Origin: Euprymna scolopes
Taxonomy: Eukaryota
Assembly (NCBI GenBank): GCA_053919585.1
Contig: CM132788.1
DNA: 64,000 nucleotides
Reading direction: 5' to 3' (one strand)
A program made the position numbers and the translations under genes. Every line of letters begins with the position of its first letter. The stretch's first letter is position 1. A model generated the notes under the pieces. The model was not told the origin of the DNA. It saw nothing but the letters and a program-made list of their open reading frames with translations, and did not search any database. Below, piece by piece: positions 11,776-24,859 of this stretch.

Positions 11776-14700
11776 TTTTTTTTTTTTTTTACATAGGCAT
11801 CACCACATTATCAAGGCCAAGAGGCCACTCAAGGATAAGGGTTAAAGAGTGTACAGTAGAAATTGGACATTATAGTAATCATTAGTAATGAAAATTTGGT
11901 AAAGTTGATAACTTATATGGAACGGCTCATCAAGAACTTATTTACGTTAGACTTGAACACAACCATATTGTAGTCAGCCGGAAAGCAGGAAAACGGAAGA
12001 CAATTCCACAGGCGTGTAGTTCTAAGAAAAAAGCTTTGTTCATGGAATCTACGTTTAGGTTTAGGCACAGATAAAGAGTGGGGGGAATTATTGATAGTGT
12101 TTACAGCTAGACGAGTGTTTCTTGTGAAAGTTTGGCGAGGGGGGACCATAGATTGAAGCTCATTCGAACACTTTCCATGAAAATAACGATACATCAGAGA
12201 CAAACTTGCAACATCTCTTCTGTGAGATAAAGGTTGTAAGGAAGAGAAAAGGACATCTACGAGGCTACGAAGTCTATTTTGAACTCTATCAAGGCAGGCC
12301 AAGTCCTTTCTAGCAGCTCCTGCCCAGATGTTGCAACAGTATTCCATCCTTGGATGTACCTGGCTCTTATATAGATAGAGAATAGCATCAGCAGTGAGAT
12401 ATCTACCGGATTGATAGAAAGATCCCACCATTTTTCCAGCGGCCTTGGCAACAGATTTGATGTACGTGTTCCATTTAAGATCAGGAGTAATGGTCAAGCC
12501 AAGAAGTTTTTCAAAACTTGAGGCCTCCTGAAGACGAGAGCCATTCATTTCAATTGATGTCAGATGTGGATCAGAATGTTGATGATGTAAAGAGAGAAGC
12601 TTGGTTTTAGATGCATTAAAAGTAACCAGCCATTCTTTACCCCATTGTACTACGTGCTCAAGATCAGAGGAGAGAGAATTGGAGAGAACTTGGTCGTTTA
12701 CTGTCTTAGATGTGCTACCATAAATGGTAGTGTCGTCAGCATAGATGTCTACAAATGATGTAAGGATATGATTTGGAAGATCATTAATGTAGATCAGGAA
12801 AAGAGTTGGGCCCAGGATGGACCCCTGAGGGACACCGGCATTAATACTGTGAGCTTCTGATTTTTGCCCCTCAACTACTACTTTTATGAACCTATCAGAA
12901 AGAAATGATTTAATAATTGAGAAGACATTTCCAGCAATACCATAGCTAGAGATCTTATGAAGTAAACCTTTATGCCATACCCTATCAAAGGCCTTAGATA
13001 TGTCAAGAGCAATTGCCCTAGAAAGGTTGCCTCCGTCGAGAGATTTGCTAATCCTATGAGATATAACTGTAAGCACATCTGCTGTAGATCTAGCAGAATG
13101 GAAACCATATTGAGTGTCACTAAGAAGGTTATTTTTGTTGAGATGGTTGATTACTTCTGTATTTAATAGATTCCAGCAACGTACTCATGACGCACAGGAG
13201 ACTTATTGGCCTGTACTGAGAGGGGGATGAGCGATCACCTGAATTCTTAAATACAGGGCATACTGATGAAATTTTCCAGGGAGATGGGAAACTATTCTCC
13301 TTAAGACAACGTTTAAACAGTTTTGTAAGTATGGGCGCTAGTTCAGGTTGAAGTTTTTTTGAGTACTATAATTGGAATACCGTCAGGGCCAGTTGCTTTA
13401 CTGGAATCAAGGTTTTTGATTAGCTTCGCAACATCACGTACAGATATACGTATATAACATAGTGTGTTTTCTGATACAGGAGGAAATATTGGGGGTTGGC
13501 AGCCTTGATCGCAAAGGGTAGAATTAGCTGCAAAGTTCTTGACAAAGAGTTTGGCTTTGTCTGATGCTGACGAGATTACCTCAGGTCCATTGATAATAGT
13601 TGGGATGGAGCACACGCTTCTGTTCAGGATTCTGTTTGCTATTTGCCAAAACTGGCAGGAACCAAGCCGCTGCTCAGCTACTTTGGACTTAACAGATAGA
13701 GCATACAACTCTCTTGCATTCTTTATTACTTTCTTACAATGGTTGCTGGCAGTCCTGAAAGTGGCTTTAGTTTTCATACATCTATTACGCTGGAAACAGT
13801 GGAAAAAGTGATTTCTGTGCGCAATGGCAGCAGCACATTCTGGAGAGAACCATGGCTGGCTGTTAGGTTTTTGCTGAAACTTTTTCGAGGGTATGAAACG
13901 GTCAATACTTACAATTAACCATTCCGTCAGGTCTAATACTATAGAGGACACATCCTTTTTAAACATGGAATGCAGAGGTAGATCAGATATAAATGTACGG
14001 AAGCTATCCCAGTCAGCCTCAGTGTATCGATATACTGTACGATGGAGAGGTACGTCTGGGGACTTATTACATTTCATTTTTATCTTAATTGATACAACAG
14101 AGTGGTCGGAAGAGCCAAGAGGCAACAGAACAGAAACTGAACATAGTTCAGGGCAAGTTGTGAGAAAAAGGTCTAGTAGGCTCGCATACTGGCCATCATT
14201 GTCGGGCACACGGGTGGGTTCCTGAACAATCTGAGTGAGGTCATAGGCAATGGAGAAATCATGACAGCACCTTCCCTCATAATCGGTCTTGTTAGAGTGG
14301 GTCAACCATTCGACGTTGTGAACATTGAAGTCACCACACGTGAATGTTAGCTGAAGGATAAGCAGATAAGACTTGGTCAATTTTCTTAGATATGCTTTGA
14401 AAGATAGTAACTCCGCTGTTATGGGGGCGATAGAGAGTAAATATAAATACCGTAGTGTGAGCTAAAGCAACCCGGAAGCACATATAGGGTAAGTTAGGAT
14501 CTTCCCGGGAGATGTCCCTACCACATGGAAAATTATCCCTAATATAGGCACAAATTCCATGCCCATGGCGATCTTGGGGGTCAGATTTAGAAGTTGTTAG
14601 AGTATCCTTTAATTGCGAACTCTTCTAGGGAAATAGCCTGTCCAATGCCAGTTTCACTTAAAAATAAAAGGTCTGGTTTAGTCTCCTGTAATTGGGTTTC

Positions 14701-15308
14701 AACCTCTGGAAGGTTAGAACGTAGACCCCTGATGTTGGAGAAGGAGACATGGTAGTAAGAGTCTACGTTGGAAGTTGGAGAACCGGGTTTAATCATGTAT
14801 TTTTTCTTGAAACTTGTCATGATGAAATTTTGGAATTTGTGGACTAGGTCGTCAGATTTACTTAGAGCAGGACAGAGAGGGGAAACTAAGAGAGAAAAAG
14901 AAACGAAGAATTTTTTTTTTATTATTTGTAGCTAATGATAAGGTAAAGCCGTAACAATTACCCACTAGTATGGCATTGAGAGGCCCCACCAGAAGCTACT
15001 GCATGGTCCAGAATCCATTCACCAAATGGCAATACAGCAACTCCAGTACTTTGCACCTGCTGATAGGACAGCCTCCTTGGTGGTTAATCCAAGGTTCGGG
15101 TCCCTGACTATCAGGCGGATAACGTCAGCCCAGACAAAACGTTTACCTCCAGCACCCTTACTAGTGACATGGCTACAAGGATAGACATAGAAACAGAAAA
15201 TTTCCGCCATCTCTGTCAACTGTTCGCGCAAAATACTGCCAACCTAGAAAACAGCTTTTTCTTCTCCCTTTGTCAGAAAAATCACTCATTAAAAAATGAG
15301 GACTGAGG
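11776..15308 (-). mobile_element. Near full-length non-LTR retrotransposon (APE endonuclease + RT, CR1/L2-like group)
   Basis: ~490-nt leader, APE motifs (SNIRGL, GDFN, LDLFLT, SDH), RT motifs (LDISKAFD, GVPQGSILGP, YADD), 3' UTR and poly(A) (T15 at 11776-11790). Confidence 0.95.
11913..14820 (-). pseudogene. Endonuclease-reverse transcriptase ORF broken by a few frameshifts
   Basis: Colinear ORF pieces 14587-14820, 13343-14380 and 11913-13076. Confidence 0.9.
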
Positions 15309-16630
15309 GACATTTCCAGCTGTACCATAGCTGGAAATCTTGTGAAGTAAGCCCTTATGCCATACCTTATCGAAGGCCTTTGATATGTCAAGAGCAATTG
15401 CCCTAGAAAAGAAGCCTTTGTCGAGAGATTCACTAATCCTATGAGATAACTGTTAGCACATCTGCTGTAGATGTGGCAGAATGGAAACCATATTGCATGT
15501 CACTAAGAAGGTTATTTCTGCTGAGGTAGTTGACTACTTCTCTATTTAATATGGATTCTAGCAACTTGCTCATGACACACAGGAGACTTATTGGTCAGTA
15601 CTGAGAGGGTTAATTGGTTGTTTTACGGCATAGCAATTTTTTTCGGGTTATTTAATGCCGAATCCAAAGATTTTGAAGAAAAATATTTTTAATAGAATAT
15701 ATTTATTGTTTTCAAGTTGGTTTCTATTTAACCCATAGTTGGGACCCTAACAGGTACTACCACTCCGGGTCAGAGTGGACCTGAGAGCAATGGTAATTAA
15801 AGGGTGGCTCAACACTCCCCAAAGCCCGCATGCTGGGGCCTCACCACTGGATATAGTTTAAGGTCATATCCAGGACCATGTACTGAGAGGGAGACGACTT
15901 ATCAACTGAATTCTTAAATACAGGACATACTGATGAGGTTTTCCAGGGTGTGGGGGAGCACTTCTCCTTAAGGAAACGCTTAAACAGTTTTGTAAGTATG
16001 GAGGCAAGTTCTGGTTGAAGCTTTTTCAACACTATAATTGGAATGCCGTCAGGGCCAGTTGCTTTACTGGAATCAAGGTTCTTGTTTAGCTTGGCGACCT
16101 CACACATAGATATTTGTATGTTGCATAGCGTGTTATCTGTTATAGGAGGAAATACGGGGAGTTGATGGCCTTCGTCGCATAGGGTAGAATTAGCTGCAAA
16201 GTTCTTGGCAAATAGTTTGGTCTTGTCTGATGCTGACAAAGATGACCTCGGGTCCATTGATGATGGTTGGGATAGAACGCACGCTTCTGTTCAGGATCCT
16301 GTTTGCTATTTGCCAAAACTGGTGAGAACCAAGCCGCTGCTCAGCTACTTTGGACTGAGCATATAGCTCCCTTGCATTTTTTATTACTCTTTTACAGTGG
16401 TTGCTGGCAGTCCTAAAAGCAGCTTTAGTCTCCGAGCATCTATGACGTTGGTAGCTATGGAAAAAGTGATTTCTGTGTGCGATGGCAGCAGCACATTCTG
16501 GGGAGAACCATGGCTGGCTGTTAGGTTTTTGTTGGAATTTTTTGGATGGTATGAATCTGTCTATGCCTACAATTAACTATTCGGTCAGGTCTGACACTAT
16601 AGAGGACACATCGTTTTTAAACATGGAATG
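15309..16630 (-). mobile_element. Older LINE copy, 5'-truncated upstream half (continues into 10621-11775)
   Basis: Paralogous to 12930-13972; reads ...HKISSYGTAGNV and resumes VFSIMKSF at 11775. Confidence 0.9.
15610..15879 (-). mobile_element. ~270-bp SINE-like insertion with 12-bp TSD
   Basis: TSD GTACTGAGAGGG at 15598-15609 and 15880-15891; closely similar to 29883-30155. Confidence 0.9.
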
Positions 16631-17159
16631 TTTCAATCAAAGTAAAACTAAAACATTTAATCTTTTTTTTATATAAATTGTAAACATGAGTATATTTTGA
16701 ACTATTTTTCTTTGCCATCTTCAGTACGTAAAAAAAAAATAATTAAAAGAAATTCGAGAAGTCGGTATGACAAAATAATGATGCTGCTCAAAATACCTCG
16801 TAAAACTTATATACCAAATTTCGGTAAAATGTTTCCTTTTGCTATCAACAGAAAAATAAAAATCAGATTCGATTTTTTTTTCCGTATAATTTACACGTTA
16901 GCACCATGCAAATACAAATCATATAAGTTGAAAGTGAGAGGCTTATTTTCTAATATTAATTTAACATCAAATGGTCACCCTTTTCTTGATCACATAACAT
17001 AGGACAGAACAAGTAACCATTACTTTTGTATTTCCAAAATGGCCACCATTTTGGGAAAATAAGAAATATTTTTTTAATTTTCCAGGTATTTCTCTGGTGT
17101 TGATGTGTAATCTTAAACACACAAACAAATAAAAAAACAAAAACTCATTTTCACTTTTC

Positions 17160-17189
<30 letters not shown>

Positions 17190-17193
<4 letters not shown>

Positions 17194-17700
17194 GGATTGA
17201 TTATTCGTATTATTTGAATTCTTCGAACAACTGTTCTCTTCTCTAATGTTATTTTCACAACGTTTCGGTTGATGTAACCTCTGACCTTCAGGTGTATCTT
17301 GTCAAATTTGGAAATCTTTCTGTTATTGTATAAAGTAATAAATAGTGATATATAATTAGTAAGGCTGTACATCTAGAAACACAAGGTTTAAGACACCTAA
17401 AATTCATAATAGAATTGTCCACATGGAGTAGTAGATAAAATACCTGGTAAAATTCAGTTGCAAAGTTCAATCCTCAGCACAGGCATTCAAAAATACAATT
17501 GCGAATCACTTAGTCATGGTTGACAGAACGAGTGCATGTTATCCCAGTGGATTAAATAAAGAGTTCCTTTCGAACTTCTGTGCAGATTCCCAAATTCCAA
17601 ATTCACTTCAAGAAGTTCGGAGGTTACATCGACTGAAACGTTGTGAAAATAACACTCAAGATAAAAACAGTAGTTCGAAAAATCTAAATAGTATGAATTA
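17190..17700. mobile_element. Two family T1 partial copies in opposite orientation
   Basis: Minus-strand tail at 17190-17312; plus-strand copy at ~17425-17700 with GGAGGTTACATCGACTGAAACGTTGTG. Confidence 0.65.
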
Positions 17701-17726
17701 TTTTCACATTTTCATATAATGTGAAG

Positions 17727-18352
17727 GTTAGTCAGCTGATGTACTGCCTAACTTCCAGCGTGGCTGCTACCGGAAGCAGTGACAAGGTAAATAAGTTCCT
17801 TCGCTTTTTTCCTATTATGCCTATATCTCCTCTGTGCTTGTACTCTTTTTTCTTTTTTTACATTTTTCCGATTGTTCTTTTTATAATTAATAATCATTGA
17901 AAAGTTTTTTTGGTCTTATTTTGATTAAAAATTATTGAAAACACTTTAAACTATTTTGGGAATATTATGCATTGGATACGTTTTTTTATGTTTGAAATTT
18001 TGTTATTTCAATAATTTTACTTTTTTACTTTCATAAACATTATATAAATTCAAATAAAAAAGACTTATTTTTTTAAAATTTAAAACAAAAAGTATTTTTG
18101 TAATTTCATAAACATTTCTTATAAAATTTAAAGAAAATAAAAAAACTTATTTTTTTATTTAGTTATTAATAATGCAAATAAAAACTAATTGCGTTATTTT
18201 TATCGGTATAAGCTTTATTGTATATTTTTCAATGTCTTTTTCTCATTTTATTTCAATAAATTAAATACGGAAGAAGTGAAGGAACTGATTTACCATGTCA
18301 CTACTTCCGATAGCAGCCTAGCCTGGAGTTAGGAAGTACGTTAACTAACTAT
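17727..18352. mobile_element. MITE-like element with ~80-bp imperfect TIRs
   Basis: GGCTGCTACCGGAAGCAGTGACAAGGTAAATAAGTTCCTTC vs GAAGGAACTGATTTACCATGTCACTACTTCCGATAGCAGCC, AT-rich interior. Confidence 0.7.
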
Positions 18353-18809
18353 ACCAATTTTACTTTTTAAATCAGTTCTTTAATACGAAAGAGACGTGTG
18401 AAAAAATATATTTACATTCACTCTAGCTGCACAAAATAAATCAAATTGATCATAATACTTTACTTTTCATTTCAAATTCTATTAAAATGAGAAAGTACTT
18501 TCTATTCAGCAGTTTAAAGGCTTAAATTTTCCAAGGTTGGAGTTGGACCTTTTAATATTTGAAAAGTCTAGTGTTTGGATTACCATATCAACAGCTTTGC
18601 ATTTCCTAGTGTTTGCAGAAAGACAATCTGTGGCCTAGCATCATTTGTGGCGTTTCAAGATCAATTTTGTCTACAATAAGGTGAAAAATACCTGACTAAT
18701 GACCCCCCCCCACACACACCAAAAAAAACTGTTTCAAGCGAACGAAATGGTTACACCTGCTATTAATTCATCTTTGCGTGCAACCACTTGAGTTTTTGGC
18801 AAATCAACT

Positions 18810-19690
18810 AGACTTTTGTTTCGTTTTACTTCAGTCGAAGTTCTCAAAAAGAAAAAAAAACATCAAGGGGTCCCCTTCCAGGGGCTAACCCTTGATCTGT
18901 ATATGTATAGATATTCGAATATTATTTTACAATTTCCTTTTTTCTCTCAAAAAAGATTTAGTAAAGAAGTTAGGAATATTAATGTAGCAACCCTCTGCCT
19001 GTTCTACAAGTACTTTAACAATGAATGCTCTGACGAAATGCAAGCACTTGTACCCCCTCGACGTAAATACCCTCCCGACAAACCCGACATGCAGCAAAAT
19101 CTCACCCCTTCAGAGTTGAGATCCCTATATGTAAGAGAGCCTTCTACTCCAGTAGTTTCTTCCCCAGAACCGCTAGACTTTGGAATTTGCTTCCGGGTTC
19201 CTGCTTCCCCAACTGTACTGAGATGCAGAAGTTCAAGTGTAACGTGAACCGACATCTTGCTGCCCAACTCCCCACATAGTATCCCTGTAGCTTATGTCCC
19301 TGATAGCAGCCCCCTACATCAAAGTGGCAATGTGCCTTGTTTGGGGTGAAAATGTAATAAATAAATAAAAAAAATTTTTTTAAATTAATTTTCCTCTTAC
19401 TTAGTGGCCAGTTAACTATGCTGCTACTTCAGTCTTACTAGATTCCAGAACAAGAATTCATCTAGTCTGGTGAAGCTTACTGCTGTTACTGTAGATAACA
19501 TCACTTACAGAAGGTGCATCAATCTTCGTATAAGCCAATCAAGGATAGTCATACCGAAGGAGAATTTATTTGGGTTTCGAATACGTAGCCCGAGTTTACT
19601 TGTAAGGGGAAAGTATCCTCATGCCAGGTTGCCCTGACAAACCTTGTACAAAAAGTCCTTAGACACTCAAGGATGGTGTCTAGTAGGCAC
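18810..19690 (-). repeat. Dispersed ~500-bp repeat family X, interrupted by a LINE fragment
   Basis: Homologous to 35558-37982 (TTTGTCAGG..AACCTGG..TGAGGATACTT...; GATCAAG.GTTAGCCCC.GGAAGGG...GAACTTCGACTG). Confidence 0.7.
18978..19375 (+). mobile_element. 3' fragment of a second CR1/L2-like LINE subfamily
   Basis: NVATLCLFYKYFNNECSDEM; 3' end AAGTGGCAATGTGCCTTGTTTG plus A-rich tail, shared with 44560-44820. Confidence 0.75.
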
Positions 19691-19854
19691 TCATGTTTTC
19701 TCTAGACAAAAATAAGTGTGGAATGCAATTTAAATCCAGATGAGATGTCAGTTATTAATTGCAGATAATTTGTTGATAGCTGCATGGAGCTACATAGGGT
19801 TTAATTTATTTGGTATGACACGCTTTTCCATGAATGTTACCTTGGCATATTCTA

Positions 19855-20036
19855 GTACCTATTTACTATGCCTCCCCACGGGGCAGAGTTAGACACCAGG
19901 GTCGTTTTTTAACGTGGAGAAAAGGTACAAAAATATTGTCTCAGTCGTGAAGGATTTCTCCTCCACCGAAAGAGAACAAGAAATGGAAGTGCAGCATCTG
20001 AAGAACAGATACTACACTTTGATCTTGACCAAAACC
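19855..20036 (-). mobile_element. U2-headed retroposon, subtype C monomer
   Basis: Minus strand GGTTTTGGTCAAGATCAAAGTGTAGTATCTGTTCTT (U2 snRNA 5' end) followed by a body nearly identical to 53845-53996. Confidence 0.85.
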
Positions 20037-21299
20037 GCAGGTGTATAGCAAAACGCTAAACCAATGCAGCAGACGACAGTTAATTGAAATAAATAAAGAA
20101 TTTTTTTTAGTGGGTTTGCAGATTATGTTATAATCATCAGTAAAAAGGTTCTTTCATTTTGCCAGGAGTGGCAATTAATCAGAAATACTTGTGAAAAACG
20201 GGTCGTTCTCTTCATAAGTATCGTTTATTTAATTTTATTATCTTAATGTATAGCACTTAGTTTAAGAAACATATTGACAGTGTCCATACTAAAAAATGAA
20301 GTTCTTCAAAATGGAGAGTTGAGACCAGCTCACTTTTTGTGTTGGGTAATAAAATCCAAATCTTTCACATCATTGCGAAATGTAACCAAATAGAATTTAA
20401 AATGGACATAATATTAAAGACATTCAATACATGTACGGCCTCAGGAAGTGTAAAATCTATTTTCCTGAATAGCAGAATTTTGAACCCTTTTCATGTCTGC
20501 TAACGAAGTTTAAAACCAAGTTATAAATAATACTAAAGCATACGTCTGGAATCCTTATTCCAATTTTCATCAAATCCATATTACATGAATTTAATTCCGA
20601 TTCTACAAAATGTCAACAATTTATGACACTTTAGGGGTCTTCAGAAAATGAAATTCAAGAAATCTTATTTAATTAGTGTTTAATGAGTATGGAGAAATTG
20701 TAATACAAATCTGAAATATTTGAAGTTTTAAATGGAAAATTATATCCACATTATGTTCGATAATAAGCATTTTAAATAGTCTAAAACATTTGAGGGAATA
20801 TTTATTAGTTGACATCTAATCCATGTTAACAGTTCACCCAAATCAGGGTTATCTGAATCTTCACGGAGGGCTCTTACCTGCTTTTTGTCCCCCTTTTCAC
20901 AAAAAAATAAACTAAATGTAACCAAAATTATCCACTCTTGCGCCTAGCCAATGGGTTTCCAGGGCTATTAAACAGCATATTCTTTTCATTGCTTTTACTC
21001 TTAAGTATACATCCGACACAGTTAGACACAATCAACCGAGGATCACATTACTCTACATAAAAAAAAAAAGATATCAATGGATATATACCTGAGAATCAAA
21101 ACAAGGAAAAGAATATGCTGCTGCAATCATGATCAATGAATTAGTTTAGGTGTGGACATTAGTGACTGAATTTCTCTGTAATCTTTGCAATGTCAAAAAA
21201 GGGTAGAAATGAAATTTAATGAGAAATACAGAGCCAAAATATTTTAAAATAAAATAAGCCGTAAAAACGATTTTACTAAACATATGTAAGATCATAGGA

Positions 21300-21600
21300 T
21301 GCTGGGTTAAACAGAACAGAGAGGGAAAAGAAAATGAAATACCAAGATTTATGTATGATATGAAAATAAACTAGAATCTTCCGGAAGATCTCCATTCCAG
21401 TAATTATCAGAAGCAACCAAACTCGTGAAAAATTTCAAAAGCTACCTGGAAAATATACCCGAGAAAGAAAGTGCAAGAGAGGTGTAAATAACTGCACTAA
21501 AAGGGACAGTTAGAATCTTAAAGAGCTCTTGGTTGGAATTTATGAGGTAGCAGGTGAATGTCTGGCATCTGATAGGATGCTCCATCCCCACGTAGAACAA
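21300..21600 (+). mobile_element. C-terminal remnant of a restriction-like-endonuclease non-LTR retrotransposon (R4/NeSL-like)
   Basis: Translated pieces TEREKKMKYQDL, IPVII and TALKGTVRILK match the typical RLE-element C-terminus. Confidence 0.55.
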
Positions 21601-21659
21601 AATAAGAAAAAAAAAATTTTTTTAAACAAAAAACAAACGAAATAGTTTGAATACCTAGT

Positions 21660-21840
21660 AGACATCATCCTTAAGTGTCCTTGCTTTCTCTGTTCAAGGA
21701 TTTGTCAGGACAACTTGACCTGAGGATACTTCTTCCTACAAGTTAACCTTGATCAAATATTCAAAACAGAATTCAAAGCCCAAATAAGATACTCTCGATA
21801 CGGTATAATAGACTCCACAACAATGATGCACTGTAAGAAT
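21660..21840 (+). repeat. Family X partial copy
   Basis: GGATTTGTCAGGACAACTTGACCTGAGGATACTT...AAAGCCCAAATAAGAT. Confidence 0.65.
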
Positions 21841-22829
21841 GACCAAACTGTATACCGCCATTGATCATTTGAAAACTAGAAGACCATTAACATAAAATAG
21901 TAAAATTAGTTCACTGACACAATCCAATCACACAAATAGACGTTATGTATACAATTGCGCCAAAACCATTTATTAAGACAAGGATTTGAACATAGGTAAT
22001 AGTAAGCACTAAACATAAATACATTAATCCTTCAAGCGATTATCAGGGCTGGATTAAGCTTAATAAGAGCTAGGTCAATACAAAGTAAGAACTAAATTGA
22101 TTGTTATTTACAGTGGATTAACCAAACATGTTACATTAAATTTTGGCCTTGACGTTACACGTTTCTCAATTCATTAATTTTTTTTATCAAGAGAAACTAA
22201 AATAATGGTGTAGCAAACTAATGGTAGCCAATTCTATGCAGGACATGTTTACTTATACAAAACTCACTTTTATTATGCTTATTGATTGAAGATAATACAT
22301 ATTAAAAGTAAAATGAAAGGTAATTACAACTCAAAGAGTCGATATTTTTTATATACTAATGAATCACGGCTTATAAAAGCCAAAAGCCACTCAAGGATAA
22401 AAGTTAATGAAACTATGTTGGATGATGGATGATGAGAAGATTGGTAGAAATGAATGGAATGGACAAAATCTGATTAAGAGGCTGGTTCGACATATTTAAC
22501 CTTGTTGAATCAAGGAATTGGATTCAGAAAAAATGTGTTCATTGAGGAGTTGGAACAGGACGTTTTGAAAATTTCAGAAGTCCAAATATTTGGACTACAG
22601 ATTCCACAATCATGTATCGTATTTTGTGAATTTTTTTTTTTTAATTGTTTACATTTTGTTTATTAAAAACCTGCCAAATGCAGAGTTTTGAATACATATC
22701 CAATTGCTAATCCTTTTAAAATATAAAATACAAATGCTACAAATCATACAAATTAAATCATTACTGACAAATAAGAGTTTTTAGGTCGGATATGGATTCT
22801 TGCAAAACTTTTTAAAAATTGCTCTGGTT

Positions 22830-22935
22830 CCATTATCATGGAGACACACCAGATGTCATTAGATCAAAGTTAATTGATTTTAGGCTTGATTGCTACCAGA
22901 TGGATGACTATTTTGGAATACCAAGTGCTGTATGT
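22830..22935 (+). repeat. Degenerate 5S rRNA-derived sequence (SINE head or pseudogene)
   Basis: CACACCAGAT.TC.TTAGATC...AAGTTAA...GATGGATGAC...TGGAATACCAAGTGCTGTA follows the 5S layout. Confidence 0.5.
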
Positions 22936-23189
22936 GGGAGAATGGCAGCACCTCCCTGCAAAAACTAATGTCAAATTCAGCTTCTCCTAACAGGGATTGA
23001 CATACAACTGGAGATTGCATGTAACTATGAAAACATGGAATTGGTTAAATGGATGTACAAGAAACACATAATAGCATCATTATTAAACTAACATGATGGA
23101 AATTTCATGATGGTTTACTTACTGTCTTCGCTTTTTACTTAAAAAATATTTATCAGCTAAATATTCTTTAAACAGATGTCACTTTGAAG

Positions 23190-23376
23190 TTTCTATTCAC
23201 CGCCTCTTTACGAGGAATGGATGCGATGCAAAGAAAGTCGATTTAATGTGGAGGAGTATCCAACTCCACCCAAAAGAAGAATTGTGAATGGGGAAAAATA
23301 AAAATTGTCCCCGGTCAAGAATTTTTTCTGATGACTAAGAACGGATACTACACTTTAATCATGAATTGAAGGCCAG
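23190..23376 (-). mobile_element. Diverged U2-headed retroposon copy
   Basis: Minus strand TGGCCTTC...AAAGTGTAGTATCCGTTCTT head, GACAATTTTTATTTTT and CCACATTAAATCGAC tail. Confidence 0.6.
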
Positions 23377-23679
23377 ACAGCTGCAACCGAATTCTTTAAC
23401 GTTTATATTTTGGTAGAACTGAATGTGTAAAATTTTAGTTTTGGCATTCAATGACGTCAGATATTTCTCATGCTATTTTGCTCATTTTTTTAATGGATGT
23501 AATAGGTAAGAATGTGTAAACAAAGGTTATTCAGAAGACTAGAATAAAATAATCTTTGTATTTAAGAGTTGTGCTATTTTTATTGCTATTAGGTTTCAGA
23601 AATTTTGAGAATTGATAACTTGTATTATAATATATATCTGTAAGTATAAAAAAATCAATACGAAAAGTGTACATGTTTA

Positions 23680-23910
23680 TACAGGGTGACTCCCCCTCAA
23701 AAAAAAAACGGACCCCAACTCTAATTAGGCCCCGTTTCTTAGTGTTTTGTCCGAATGAAATGAAACTTTGGTCATAACTAGTTTATTATACTCAAAACAT
23801 CACATCAAAACACTAGGGTCTTTGGCTTTTTTTCTCCGTTCTACAGCATATGTTCTAGATGGCCTCCATTTAGCTTTTGTTTTTTTTTGGGGGGGGGGGG
23901 TCACCCTGTA
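23680..23910. mobile_element. Tc1/mariner-type MITE
   Basis: TA-CAGGGTGAC.CCCC...AAAA / TTTT...GGGGGTCACCCTG-TA termini with TA TSD. Confidence 0.8.
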
Positions 23911-24204
23911 TATTTTCTTTGTTTCTTATTTGAATACAAAATGTCTTTTGAAAAAAAAATTTTTTTTTTTAAGAATACAATTTTCGACCATATCTTCGGT
24001 CTTCGTCAATGTAATGAAGGAGATGTGTGCAGGAAGGGGCAGGAGAAGAAGGATTAGCCAATGAGAGGTTGTTGTTTAAGCTTTGAGGTGGTGGGTAACG
24101 GTTAGAATAGTTGGCACATGCACACACATGTAGAGTAAGAGAGACAAAGAGTATTAAGATTACAAAATAGGTTTAGGGCTCCTAACATTCATACTAGAAT
24201 TGTC

Positions 24205-24480
24205 CTATGGTATAACGGATAAAGTGCTAAGTAAGTGACAGTCTTCTGGAAGTTGAAGGTTCAACCCTCAGTGTGGATGACACTAATAATTTATTATGGA
24301 TTATTTTTCCCAATCATGGCTGATGGAATGAAAGCAAGCTATTTCTATTAAATAAAGGGTTTCATTCGAAATTAAGGATTCAACAAAGATTTCTATGTTC
24401 AACAAAAGTACACCTTAAGATTGGAGGTTACATCAGCTGAAACGTTATGAGAATAACATCCAAAATGACAACAGTAGTCA
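24205..24480 (+). mobile_element. Family T1 SINE-like repeat
   Basis: B-box-like GGTTCAACCC; tail GGAGGTTACATCAGCTGAAACGTT. Confidence 0.6.
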
Positions 24481-24859
24481 AAACTTGATTTTTCTTTATA
24501 TTTTTGAATTTTTTTCTTGCAATATATTTTTTTATATGAGGTTATGATTAAAGAAAATTGGAAGGTTCTACTTATAGACACTGGCGGTACAAACTCACTA
24601 ATCAAATGGATCCACGTTCTGCTAGCAACCAATCAGAAACCGAAATTGCTCTATAAAAATATTGGATATTTTAGAATTCTCGTACATAATTTTTCGTGTC
24701 CACACAAGAAAGATCTTTACTCTTTGCCTGCAAAATTTAAAAGTTTAACACTTATACAGATCAGCTTAGCTACCCACCAAAAAATCTTTTTCATTTTCAG
24801 GACTTGTGTATAGATCAGTTACTTATAGAAACCCTTCTGAAATTAAACATTCAATTCAA

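Noticed and set aside
20740-21060. Possible minus-strand exon with a CAG|GTAAGA donor near 20880
   Set aside because: The frame I read upstream has a stop and no recognisable protein; no partner exons found.
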